This document shows, one piece after another, positions 1-9,219 of a stretch of 64,000 nucleotides of DNA. The stretch is from NCBI GenBank assembly GCA_038874475.1, contig JAVZCJ010000003.1, forward strand, positions 59,463 through 123,462, in the 5' to 3' direction. The notes under the pieces were generated by a model. That model was not told the origin of the DNA. It saw only the letters and a program-made list of their open reading frames with translations, and did not search any database. This stretch comes from Nitrososphaerota archaeon (GTDB taxonomy: Archaea > Thermoproteota > Nitrososphaeria_A > Caldarchaeales > JAVZCJ01). Every line of letters starts with the position of its first letter. Within the stretch, counting starts at the first letter, position 1. A program made the translations under genes and the position numbers.

Positions 1-1
1 T

Positions 2-169
2 TTAAGAAAAATTACAATAGGCTCTGATGCTCATTCACCTGAATATTTAACAATATTTCTTGAAAAAGGCATTGAAAAAATCAAAAATGTTGGTTATAAT
101 GAAATATGTATTTTTAATAAAAGGAAGCCCTCATGGGTTCCTATAGAAAGTATAGTTTCAGATCTTTAA
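2..169 (+). CDS. PHP-domain metal-dependent phosphoesterase, C-terminal end (5' part lies outside the window)
   Basis: Frame is open from the window edge to TAA at 167-169. The tail LRKITIGSDAHSPEYLTIFLEKGIEKIKNVGYNEICIFNKRKPSWVPIESIVSDL carries the GSDAHxP motif typical of the last metal-binding motif of PHP/histidinol-phosphatase-like domains. Confidence 0.5.
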   Translation, partial: LRKITIGSDAHSPEYLTIFLEKGIEKIKNVGYNEICIFNKRKPSWVPIESIVSDL

Positions 170-185
170 ATTCTATTCTAAAAAA

Positions 186-410
186 CTATTCTTTTATTTC
201 TTCTTTAAAATTATGTTTACATACTTTACATGTACAATAAACAGTAAAAGATGTTTCTCCTAAATTGCTTTTAATAGATAAAATTTTAACATTTCTTGAA
301 CCACAATTAGGACATCTAATAGAAATTCTATACTTAGCTCTATAAACTAGAAAATATGCTAATAAGATCGATAATAAAGAGATAGCAAGTGCATAAATTA
401 AGTCTAACAT
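186..410 (-). CDS. hypothetical membrane-anchored zinc-ribbon protein
   Basis: 74-aa ORF. An N-terminal hydrophobic helix (LIYALAISLLSILLAYFLVY) is followed by two CxxC pairs (CPNCGS ... CKVCKH). Confidence 0.45.
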   Translation of the reverse strand: MLDLIYALAISLLSILLAYFLVYRAKYRISIRCPNCGSRNVKILSIKSNLGETSFTVYCTCKVCKHNFKEEIKE

Positions 411-490
411 ATTTTTTACCTTAACTTATTTTCTCTTTTTAAATTGTTTTTTCTAAAATTTTTCTTTTAAATAAACTTTTTCTTTTATTT

Positions 491-1105
491 TCAAGGAACA
501 TATACTATAAAATTTCCATTTAAATTATAAAATATTAATCTAGCTTTACCTCTTCCTGACTCATATGGTGGAGGATAAGCAACAATTATTTTAAATGTTT
601 TTGCTCCATAATATAATTCTTTTTCGCTTCCTTTAAAAATTACTTGATGAATTTTACTCTCAATCTTCGTTATTTCATTTGGATAAACTTTTTCTTCAAT
701 ACTTGCTACTAACGCTCCTTCTCCTTCTGCTGTTTCATATTCATAAAAAATAACTGGATATGTATAATTTGTATTAGATTTAGCATATATTGTCCAATTT
801 AATAGTACTGTATAAGTTCCTGTTTCATTATTAAAATAAACATTTTCCACATTTATTTTAAAATCTATAATTGTAATATTATATCTAAATGTGAAACTTT
901 CAGTAGTATTAGTATTATTTTCTATTAATGTTTTTGAAGTATTAAGAAACGTTGTTTTATAATTAATAGTTTTACTTATATTTGTGATGGATGTTGTATA
1001 ATTAATAGTAATTTCATTATACTTATTTTTATTTATATAAAAAAAGATAGTGGCTGATAGTGCTACTACTATAATTAATAATATTGTCAAAAAATATTTT
1101 CTCAT
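491..1105 (-). CDS. hypothetical secreted or membrane-anchored Asn/Thr-rich protein
   Basis: 204-aa ORF with an N-terminal signal/anchor helix (FLTILLIIVVALSATIFFYI) and many N-x-S/T sequons. No catalytic motif recognised. Confidence 0.5.
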   Translation of the reverse strand: MRKYFLTILLIIVVALSATIFFYINKNKYNEITINYTTSITNISKTINYKTTFLNTSKTLIENNTNTTESFTFRYNITIIDFKINVENVYFNNETGTYTVLLNWTIYAKSNTNYTYPVIFYEYETAEGEGALVASIEEKVYPNEITKIESKIHQVIFKGSEKELYYGAKTFKIIVAYPPPYESGRGKARLIFYNLNGNFIVYVP

Positions 1106-1119
1106 TTATTTCACTTTTT

Positions 1120-2043
1120 TTAACTAACTTTTTCAGAAATTATCGATTCTAATTCATCCTTTATTTCTTTTAAAGATTTATATTTTTTATCACTTACTTT
1201 TTTAAATATATCAAAAATACTCATGTATAGAGAAGAAGTTACAAATACTTTCTTTTTACCATATTTTTCTATAATTTCTTTTTTAGAGATAGGAAATTTT
1301 ATAGAAGATAATTTTTCTATAATAGCATCTATTCCCCATAAAGTTTTTGGTAAAGTATTTTTCTCTAATAATTTTTTAAATCTAATAGAATCTTCATACA
1401 TATTAATATTATTAAATAAAACATATATTTCATTTGCTTTTTTAGAATAATTGAAAATTTTTTCTTTAAGAGAAAGAAGATCATTATCTGAAAATTTATA
1501 ATAATACATTTTTTTAGATAATCCATGAAGTCTATAATATGCTATTTCATTTATATAGCATGGTTTATTTATAAATGGATCAACAACATGTGTTATAGAA
1601 TATTTTTCTAATATTTTTGAAAGTTTATCATAAATTTCTAACCATTTCTCTCCTCTAGTTTCCCATACAATTTTTAATTCACTATATTTTATTTTTGAGA
1701 AAAATTTCTCAGCTTTATTTAAATATTCTGGAGTAAATGAAGCAGGTGTTTGAAATAAAAGAATTTTTGATTTAAGATTTTTACATAATTCAATCATTTG
1801 ATTTAAATAATCTAGGCATTCCTTTTTTATTTCCATTTTATAATCATGAGTTATTCCTTGATATGCTTTTAAAGCATATTCAAAATTTTCTGGTGCTTCA
1901 TTTCTCCATTTTTGAGCTAATTTTATTGAAGGAATTTTATAGAAAGTAGAATTTATTTCAACTAGATCAAATTCTTTATAATATTTTTCTTTAGCTATTG
2001 GAAAGCCACAACAACCTATTTTTATAATAGTCATAATTTTCAC
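1120..2043 (-). CDS. DUF72 (UPF0759) family protein
   Basis: The N-terminal IGCCGFPIAKEKYYKEFDLVEINSTFYKIPS...KWRNEAPENFEYALKAYQGITH matches the DUF72 signature as I recall it. It lies 4 nt downstream of the regulator gene on the same strand. Confidence 0.7.
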   Translation of the reverse strand: MKIMTIIKIGCCGFPIAKEKYYKEFDLVEINSTFYKIPSIKLAQKWRNEAPENFEYALKAYQGITHDYKMEIKKECLDYLNQMIELCKNLKSKILLFQTPASFTPEYLNKAEKFFSKIKYSELKIVWETRGEKWLEIYDKLSKILEKYSITHVVDPFINKPCYINEIAYYRLHGLSKKMYYYKFSDNDLLSLKEKIFNYSKKANEIYVLFNNINMYEDSIRFKKLLEKNTLPKTLWGIDAIIEKLSSIKFPISKKEIIEKYGKKKVFVTSSLYMSIFDIFKKVSDKKYKSLKEIKDELESIISEKVS

Positions 2044-2047
2044 TTTT

Positions 2048-2800
2048 TTATTTAATTATTTTTAATCTTTTTATTGAATCTATAAGTTCCTCTACATTGG
2101 GTTTAAGAGATAAAACAAGAGGTATATAATCTAATTCAGCTAATTCTATAGCAAGTTTATCTACATCATCTTGGCTTTTAGGACCATGTATTACAACCAT
2201 TTTTGGTTTTATTGGATAAATTCTTACAGCTACCATAGGAGACCTTCCTTTACTAACATCTATAAAAATTAATGCTCTCATAGAATTTATTCCAAATAAT
2301 TGAATAAATTCATTTCCTGTAAGTGTTTTTATTGCTTCAATGCTATTTATTATAGTATAACCATATATTGGTAAATTTATACTTTCTTTACAAGCTAATA
2401 TTACTCCATCAACTGCTTTAGCAATATCTTGAACAGTTCTTGGAATAATAAATTCAGCCATGTCTAAAATTACTTTACTTAAATCTTTAGGTATTAATGA
2501 ATATCTTTCAATATAATTTCCTCCTCTTTTTTCATCTATAGAAATAAGAGTTGAAACAAATTTTTTTATAAAAGAAGTACCAGGAGATTTCCTCCTACTT
2601 TTTTCATAATCACTTAAAACAGATGGTACAAAGCCAATTTCTTTTGCTAATTCACTTTTAGATATTTCAAACAATTCTCTCCATTTACGCATAGCAGCTC
2701 CTGGATCAGGAGACATTATTATTTCTCCAGCTATTCTATTCATTAAAGATTCTTTAGCTATTCTTAATGCTTTTTGATTTTCTTTAATCATATTTTTCAC
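2048..2800 (-). CDS. archaeal HTH (XRE-like) transcriptional regulator with C-terminal domain
   Basis: HTH segment MRKWRELFEISKSELAKEIGFVPSVLSDYEKSRRKSP is followed by a ~170-aa C-terminal domain. The architecture is that of the archaeal COG1395-type predicted regulators. Confidence 0.65.
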   Translation of the reverse strand: MKNMIKENQKALRIAKESLMNRIAGEIIMSPDPGAAMRKWRELFEISKSELAKEIGFVPSVLSDYEKSRRKSPGTSFIKKFVSTLISIDEKRGGNYIERYSLIPKDLSKVILDMAEFIIPRTVQDIAKAVDGVILACKESINLPIYGYTIINSIEAIKTLTGNEFIQLFGINSMRALIFIDVSKGRSPMVAVRIYPIKPKMVVIHGPKSQDDVDKLAIELAELDYIPLVLSLKPNVEELIDSIKRLKIIK

Positions 2801-2995
2801 TCTTTCTTATTAATTATCCATTATAGAAAATACTTCAAAATTATTTAAGCCTTTAAATATAAAATTTTATTTTTTTAAAATTGGAAAAAATATTTTACTA
2901 AATGAATTTAAATATAGTATTAAAAGATTGCCATATCTTAAAAAAGAATGATTAAAAATATATATTGCTTCTTATTAAATCAAAAATGATAAAAA

Positions 2996-3703
2996 ATGGT
3001 TGAGAAAAATTATAAACCTCCAGCCTCTATTGAAGTTGAAGATTTAAAAAATTTTGCTAGATTAACTATGGGATGGTCAAATGAATATAGACCTTTATTA
3101 TGGGGATTTAATTATAAGAGAAAAAATATTCTAGGATACCTTTCTTCTTTACCTTATTGGAAAGGAAATTTGCCGATATTTGCTTATACTATATTGGATA
3201 GCGAACCTAAAGGATATTTAGCTTATACAAATATTGAACGTGAAGAAGTTTTCTTTACAAATGATACAAATAATAATAAATTTTCTTATGCAGCTATAGT
3301 TGAAATAGATGAAGTTCCAGAGATTATATCTTATTCTCTTAAAAAAGGAAAAATATTCTATGAAAAACCTGTAAGTATTAAAGTTAAAAATATTAATTCT
3401 CTTTTAAGAGTTTTATTAATAATGTCTGAAGGTGGATTTTCTCCTCCTTTATGGCTATTTAATAATAAAGAGAAAAATGTTCTAGGTGCTATAACTCCAT
3501 TCTATGATTATTATGAAGCAAATGCTTTGCCAGTATTTTTCTATATTGAAAGCAATGAATCTTCAACAGGAGCATTCATAAAATATCTTCCATCTGAAGA
3601 AAAAGAAATTTTATCTTATACAGATTATATAAGTGATATGAAGTATTTTTATGCAAGAATAATAAAAGTTAAGAATATGCCATTTTATACAAAAAATAAA
3701 TAA
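2996..3703 (+). CDS. hypothetical protein made of two tandem ~105-aa repeats
   Basis: Repeat 1 reads ...LTMGWSNEYRPLLWGFNYKRKNILGYLSSLPYWKGNLPIFAYTILDSEPKGYLAY. Repeat 2 reads ...LIMSEGGFSPPLWLFNNKEKNVLGAITPFYDYYEANALPVFFYIESNESSTGAFIKY. No known family recognised. Confidence 0.5.
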   Translation: MVEKNYKPPASIEVEDLKNFARLTMGWSNEYRPLLWGFNYKRKNILGYLSSLPYWKGNLPIFAYTILDSEPKGYLAYTNIEREEVFFTNDTNNNKFSYAAIVEIDEVPEIISYSLKKGKIFYEKPVSIKVKNINSLLRVLLIMSEGGFSPPLWLFNNKEKNVLGAITPFYDYYEANALPVFFYIESNESSTGAFIKYLPSEEKEILSYTDYISDMKYFYARIIKVKNMPFYTKNK

Positions 3704-3723
3704 ATCTTTAATTTATAATTTAA

Positions 3724-3870
3724 GATAAAAAATATTTTAGCAAAATTCCTGAAGCATTAATAGAAGGAATGGATGAAGTAGTAAAAATTGGAATTTATCA
3801 AAGTAGAAGTGCAGTAATTAGAGCTGCAATAAGAGATTTATTGAAGAAGAAAGCTTTGAAAAAATATTAG
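3724..3870 (+). pseudogene. ribbon-helix-helix (CopG/NikR-like) remnant lacking a start codon
   Basis: Open frame DKKYFSKIPEALIEGMDEVVKIGIYQSRSAVIRAAIRDLLKKKALKKY has the RHH pattern (beta strand, then xSRSxxIRxAIRxLL). There is a TAA immediately upstream at 3721-3723, and no ATG/GTG/TTG before the beta strand. Confidence 0.35.
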
Positions 3871-4184
3871 TTAAATTTCTGAATATTTTAATTCATAAAG
3901 AACATTTCTTATAGATGTCTTTTTTTAAAGCAATTTCTATTAATAGTTCCTTAAACTTATCTTGCTTCTTGCTATTCACTTCCTGATAGAATTTTCTAAT
4001 TTCTTTTTCTAAGTCCTCGAGCTCTAATAAGGATTCGGTTTTTTTAATTTTTATTTTTTCTTGCTTTATGATTAAATATTTTTTGGAATGTTTCTAAAAT
4101 TTTTTCGTGTCAAATGTATACATAGTTTGCAGGTATAAGACTTAGAATTTTTTTAAATACTTTTTAAGAAAATTAAATATCTAA

Positions 4185-4694
4185 CTAATAAATTAGTGCC
4201 TTTTTTTCTATTGTTAGCCTTAGAAGAAAAATTAAATATAATGCTATTCCGATTAAAAATGAAAAAATGCAAAAAAGGTAAACTTGATTTGAAGAAAATA
4301 GTACAAAAAATGGATTGCCGAGAAAAGGATAGAAAGGATTCATTTCTTCATAGAAAAAAGCATCAAGTAAAATATGAAAATAAATACCGAAAAATGAAGT
4401 TGAGAAGATTTTTTTAAATGATGAATTTTGAGAAAGTTTGAAAATTTTCATTATTTCTTGTATTGGATTTTTTAGGAGATAGCAAATGATAGCTGTGAGA
4501 ATTGCTAATATTGAACTGCCTAAAAAAGTATGTAGAAAACCATGTAAAGGATAAGGCATATTAAGGAATAAAACAAAAAAAGGTTCGATATCAACTATAA
4601 CACTAGCAATAAGCAATGTTGAAAAATCTAATTTTTTAAATAGGAGCAAACCTATCCAAGAACTTGGTCCTAAATGAAAAGGTGTGAATGGCAT
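4185..4694 (-). CDS. polytopic membrane protein, DUF4184/YdjM-like putative metal-dependent hydrolase
   Basis: Starts MPFTPFHLGPSSW, has several hydrophobic helices, and has conserved His residues (PLHGFLHTFLGS, FHILLD). Confidence 0.45.
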   Translation of the reverse strand: MPFTPFHLGPSSWIGLLLFKKLDFSTLLIASVIVDIEPFFVLFLNMPYPLHGFLHTFLGSSILAILTAIICYLLKNPIQEIMKIFKLSQNSSFKKIFSTSFFGIYFHILLDAFFYEEMNPFYPFLGNPFFVLFSSNQVYLFCIFSFLIGIALYLIFLLRLTIEKKALIY

Positions 4695-4773
4695 GGATAT
4701 CTTTTTATGAAGAATGCAAAAGTATAAATGATATATGACTACCTAATTTTTCTTGAAATCTAATGAAATTATT

Positions 4774-5532
4774 TTATTTTGATGAAGCTTTCTTTTCTTC
4801 AAATGCTTTTTCTAGATATTTTTTTACTTCTTCTTGTGGCATTAATGAGTAAGTTTTTGTTTTTGTAGGAATATAAGCTATTTTAACAGTCCATTCTTCC
4901 TCGATTTTTTCAGTTGAGTATACTAATGATGATACTGCCAATTGAATAGCTTCTTCAAGCGTTAATTCTTTACTATATTTTTTCTCTAAATATTCTCTTA
5001 CTTTTTCAGCTCCTCTTCCAATGGACCATGCCAAATATTCTAGATACATTCCACTTGGATCTACAAGGAACAAGCTCGGACCTTTTTTATCAACTCCACC
5101 TATCAACAATCCTGCACCAAATGGTCTCACGCCGGCATGTTGAGTATACATTTGAGCCACGTCACCAATGTGCTTTGTGATTGCCTCAACAGCTGGATCT
5201 TCATCGTATGATAATCTTATAACTTGTGCTTGTATTCTTGCATTATCGACAAGTACTCTTGCATCCGAATTTAATCCAGAAGTAGCTGCACCTATGTGCT
5301 TATCTATTTGGAAAATTTTCCATGAAAAATTTGGATTCTGCAATTTCGTGTGTAATATTTCTTCAGCTGCCAAAACTACTCCTTCATTACAAGTAATTGC
5401 TAATGCAGTAGATCCAGACCTAACAGTCTCTAAGGCATATTCCACCTGGTAGAGACGACCTTGTGGAGAGAAAACTGTTATAGCTCTATCATAAGCCCCT
5501 GTTATTCCTAAAGCCAAATCCATCTCCTCCAT
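4774..5532 (-). CDS. psmA: proteasome subunit alpha
   Basis: The N-terminal YDRAITVFSPQGRLYQVEYA signature and the rest of the 252-aa sequence are typical of an archaeal 20S alpha subunit. Confidence 0.95.
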   Translation of the reverse strand: MEEMDLALGITGAYDRAITVFSPQGRLYQVEYALETVRSGSTALAITCNEGVVLAAEEILHTKLQNPNFSWKIFQIDKHIGAATSGLNSDARVLVDNARIQAQVIRLSYDEDPAVEAITKHIGDVAQMYTQHAGVRPFGAGLLIGGVDKKGPSLFLVDPSGMYLEYLAWSIGRGAEKVREYLEKKYSKELTLEEAIQLAVSSLVYSTEKIEEEWTVKIAYIPTKTKTYSLMPQEEVKKYLEKAFEEKKASSK

Positions 5533-5587
5533 TTATATCCTATTTTTCAATAATAATCCTTCTATTTAAAATTATATTTAAAAATTT

Positions 5588-5646
5588 GGGTCGGCAAAGC
5601 TCGTTTCTTCATCTTTTAATCAGTCTGGGACGGCCGCTTCATCCCC
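5588..5646 (-). ncRNA. candidate box C/D sRNA with variant boxes
   Basis: GC-rich island in AT-rich spacer. The minus-strand RNA is GGGG-AUGAAGC-GGCCGUCCCAGA-CUGA-UUAAAAG-AUGAAGA-AACGAGCUUUG-CCGA-CCC. The C-like box is at 5642-5636, D' CUGA at 5623-5620, C' at 5612-5606 and D-like CCGA at 5594-5591. Guide spacers are 12 and 11 nt, and there is a GGG/CCC terminal stem. The G-A dinucleotides needed for k-turns are present in all four boxes. Confidence 0.45.
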
Positions 5647-5816
5647 ATTATTCTATTTTCATATCCTAATTTAAATCTTTTTATACTAAAGTAAATCTTG
5701 GGATTTAAAATAATTGCTTCATTTCTTTTTACCTAATATTTTTGAAAATCCATTTTAAGTAAAAGTAATATAGAGTAAAAAACAAGATGAGAGCTCTAAA
5801 AAGTTTTCCTATATTT

Positions 5817-6140
5817 TCATTCTGTCTCTTTAACATATTTAATTACTCTACTTAATAATCCACTTGTTTTAATAGGGTCTATAACTATTTTATTATTTTC
5901 ATTTATAACCATTAAAGCTGCAAATAATTTATTTATTGAAAAATGATTGCATTGAATTATTCCTAATTTATTTGAAGAATCGTATAAAATATTTTTTGGA
6001 GAAACTTCTATTAAGCCTTTTAAACCAAATAAATTATAAATTGTTTTAGCAATTATTTTCTGTATATCATCTTTATTTATTTCTCCTTTTTCTGTTAACA
6101 CTTTATATAGTATATATCTTTTACGTATTTTCTTTAACAT
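5817..6140 (-). CDS. rnp2: RNase P protein component 2 (Pop5/Rpp14 family)
   Basis: 107-aa protein starting MLKKIRKRYILYKV and ending ...IKTSGLLSRVIKYV, which matches the size and pattern of archaeal Pop5. It sits next to psmA, as in the conserved archaeal neighbourhood. Confidence 0.7.
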   Translation of the reverse strand: MLKKIRKRYILYKVLTEKGEINKDDIQKIIAKTIYNLFGLKGLIEVSPKNILYDSSNKLGIIQCNHFSINKLFAALMVINENNKIVIDPIKTSGLLSRVIKYVKETE

Positions 6141-6487
6141 TTTTTAGCACTTATAAAATTAATATAAGCAATATTTCAACATTAATTGTCGATTAAATAT
6201 TAGAAAAACTAATATTTAATTATTCATCCAAACTAATTTTTAAAATGATAATTTTAATAAAATGAATAATTAAAAATAATTTATTAGATATGACTATATA
6301 TGGATTAAATGTGAGAATGGATATAATATTAATCTGAATATTTTAATGAAAATCATATGCATAAGAAGGATTAAATGGGCTTATCTGGTTTAGACGTTAG
6401 TCAATTATAACCAATTATGTATTATAAATTGAGAAGTTTTTTATTCATTTAAAAAAATATTTAAATATCTAATTTTAATTTTAAATT

Positions 6488-7117
6488 ATGCCATATAAAT
6501 TTAATTTTGACCTATCGCAAATTTCTCAACCACTTTTTAAAGAAATTGCTAGAATTTGTAATGAAAAGAATATACATATAAGAATTGGAGAAAAAGTAAG
6601 ATATTTAATTGAAAAATTTAGGATACCTGAAATAACTGGTTTAGGGATTTCTGATGCCATAACAATTATTGAAGATCTTATAGATATAAATATTAGAAAT
6701 CTTCTTGAAAAAGAAAAATTCTTAAAAACGAATAAAAGAGCTCTTTTCTTACCACATTGCTCAAGAAAATATATGGACAATAGATGCAAAGCATACTTTA
6801 ATCCAGAAGTCCCATCTTATTATTGTAATCATTGCTCTCCTGATTGTTTAATTAATCAAGCAACAATTCTTGCAAAAAAGTATGAGTATGATGTTTATGT
6901 TGTAGCAGGAGGTTCTTGTATTCCTAAAATATTAAAAGATAACCATTACGAGGGAATAGTAGGAGTTGCATGTTGCGAAGAACTTAAATTAGGAAGTAAT
7001 TATTTAAGAAATTTAAATATACCTGGACAAGGAGTGCCTCTCATTAAGAATGGTTGTGCCAATACAAAATTTAGTATTGAGAGTTTAGAAATAATTTTAA
7101 GAGAGAAAACAAATTAA
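6488..7117 (+). CDS. DUF116 family Cys-rich protein
   Basis: The Cys pattern LFLPHCSRKYMDNRC...CNHCSPDC...GGSCIPK...GVACCEEL is typical of DUF116 as I recall it. Confidence 0.6.
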   Translation: MPYKFNFDLSQISQPLFKEIARICNEKNIHIRIGEKVRYLIEKFRIPEITGLGISDAITIIEDLIDINIRNLLEKEKFLKTNKRALFLPHCSRKYMDNRCKAYFNPEVPSYYCNHCSPDCLINQATILAKKYEYDVYVVAGGSCIPKILKDNHYEGIVGVACCEELKLGSNYLRNLNIPGQGVPLIKNGCANTKFSIESLEIILREKTN

Positions 7118-7259
7118 ATGAATAAAACAAGATTCGCTAAAATTTTATTTTAATCATTCCTCTTTTATTTCACTTTCATTGATAGAGAATATTTTTAAAA
7201 GAATATAAAACTTTGCTAAATTAAAAATTTTTAAATTTTTATTCTATAATATTTATATA

Positions 7260-7321
7260 GCGATGATGAAAAATAGGAGCGGGGAATGAAAATAAATGAT
7301 TTAAACTCCTCTCAACTGAGC
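7260..7321 (+). ncRNA. candidate box C/D sRNA
   Basis: Perfect C box AUGAUGA at 7263-7269 and perfect D box CUGA at 7316-7319. Internal boxes are degenerate: D' GGGA at 7282-7285 and C' AUGAUUU at 7296-7302. Guide spacers are 12 and 13 nt, with a GC/GC terminal pairing. It is a local G+C island 55 nt upstream of the EamA gene. Confidence 0.5.
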
Positions 7322-7376
7322 AAAAATTTAAATTATTAATAGATTATTTTTTTATAAAAAAATAAGTGAATATTTC

Positions 7377-8246
7377 ATGGGAAAAAATATTAAAAATATT
7401 TATTTTCCATTATTAATTGCTGTGATAGCTGTATCTTTCTCTTCAATATTTATTAGATTAAGCAATGCTCCACCATTAATTATTGCAGCATATAGGCTTG
7501 GAATAGCTTCAATAATTCTTTTCCCATTCATGATTTATTATAATTCAAATATTTCTAAAAAATATTCCAGAAAAGATTTATTAAAAATATTTTTTATCAG
7601 CTTTTTTTTATCAATACACTTTGCATCATGGATAACATCTTTAAATTATACTTCTATTGCAAATTCTGTAATAATTGTTAATACCTCACCAATATTTGTT
7701 GCAATATTTTCATACTATATCTTAAAAGAAAAAATAAATTATAATACTATTATAGGAATTATAATAGCATTCATTGGAACAATAATTATAGCTATTGGAG
7801 ATTATGGAATTAATAGAAGCAATTTATTAGGAGATATTTATGCATTAATAGGAGCAATAGCTCTTTCAATATATATTATAGGTGGAAGAGAAATAAGGAA
7901 GAGAATGAATTTATATTTATATGTTACACCAGTTTATGCTATATCTGCAATATTTTTAATAATAGCTTGCATATTTTTAAAAATACGATTATATCCTTAT
8001 CCATTAAGAGAATATTTCATATTCCTTTTACTTGCAATAATTCCAACAATTTTTGGACATACAATTTATAATTGGATTTTAAAGAATGTTAAAGCAACAA
8101 CAGTAGCTATAAGTTTATTAGGCGAGCCGATTGGATCAACAATATTAGCAATAATAATATTTAATGAAATACCTGGATTTTTAACTTTTGTAGGTGGTCC
8201 AATAACTTTAATTGGAATATATATTGCTATGAGAAAAATTTATTAA
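7377..8246 (+). CDS. EamA/DMT-family transporter
   Basis: 289 aa with ten predicted helices arranged as two EamA-like halves. Confidence 0.85.
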   Translation: MGKNIKNIYFPLLIAVIAVSFSSIFIRLSNAPPLIIAAYRLGIASIILFPFMIYYNSNISKKYSRKDLLKIFFISFFLSIHFASWITSLNYTSIANSVIIVNTSPIFVAIFSYYILKEKINYNTIIGIIIAFIGTIIIAIGDYGINRSNLLGDIYALIGAIALSIYIIGGREIRKRMNLYLYVTPVYAISAIFLIIACIFLKIRLYPYPLREYFIFLLLAIIPTIFGHTIYNWILKNVKATTVAISLLGEPIGSTILAIIIFNEIPGFLTFVGGPITLIGIYIAMRKIY

Positions 8247-8276
8247 ATTTTAAATTGTAATATATGATGATTGAAA

Positions 8277-9133
8277 ATGATTGAAAGAATATGTGTAACA
8301 AATCTTGTTGACGATTCTGTTGATATGGGGCATCCAAATGTTTTAGCTAAACATGGACTAGCTTTATTCATAGAAATAGATTTTAATGAAAAAGAGAAAA
8401 TAAATATTTTAATGGATACTGGTCCTTCTCCAGATATAATTTTACATAATGCAAAAGAATTAAATATTGATTTGAGAGGAATAAATATGATCGTAATTAG
8501 TCATGCACATTATGATCATACTGGTGGATTAATAGGAGTTTTAAAACATATAAATAAAAAAGTATTGATTATAATGCATCCAAATTGTTTAAATTTAAAA
8601 TTTGCTGAAAAACCTTATCTAAGATATATAGGCATTCCATTTAAAATTTCAGAAATAGAAGAAGCAGGTGGAATACTATTGTTATCTTGCAAACCAGTAA
8701 AAATAACTCTGAAATAATCGTAAGTGATGAAATAGAAAGGATTAATGAATATGAAAAAGTAGAAGGTTTTTTAACATTGAAAGATTATGAAATTATTAAA
8801 GATAATCTTTTAGAAGACCAAGCACTTTTTCTTAAAATTAATGATAAAGGATTAGTAATTATTACAGGTTGTGCACATTCAGGAATAATTAATACAATTG
8901 AATATGCTAAAAAAATTACTGGTTTAAATAAAATACATGCAATTTTAGGGGGTTTTCATTTAATAAATGCTAATGAAGAAAAAATAAAAATAACAATGGA
9001 TGAAATGAAAAAAATAAATCCTGAAAAAATTTTTCCTTGTCATTGTACTGGGCAAAAAGCAATAATGGAATTCATTAAAAATTTTAAAGATAAATGTATT
9101 CCAATTCAAGCAGGAAAAAGTATTGAATTATAA
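8277..9133 (+). pseudogene. MBL-fold metallo-hydrolase (COG1237 / MJ0301-like family) interrupted by a frameshift
   Basis: ORF 8271..8717 carries HAHYDHTGG. ORF 8687..9133, in another frame, carries GCAHSGIINT, GGFHL and CHCTG. Together they make one ~285-aa MBL protein. The frames swap at an A5 run at 8699-8703. Confidence 0.7.
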
Positions 9134-9219
9134 AAAAGTAATAAATGATGAAAAATTGATTGAAAAGTTAATATTTTAATATTTTTAAAGAAAAGTGAAA
9201 AATAATTATGTGAAAATTC

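Noticed and set aside
5168-5452. 94-aa ORF antisense to psmA
   Set aside because: It lies entirely within a confidently identified gene on the other strand, so it is a shadow ORF.
6302-6377. 10-bp direct repeat GGATTAAATG (6302-6311 and 6368-6377) in the pop5/DUF116 spacer
   Set aside because: It is a single short repeat pair in AT-rich DNA. I found no box motifs or structure between the copies, so it is probably chance.
9144-9215. AAUGAUGA (C-box-like) in the spacer before the SBDS gene
   Set aside because: There is no CUGA D box at an appropriate distance (only GUGA), no terminal stem, and the segment is almost pure A/U. A stable sRNA is unlikely.
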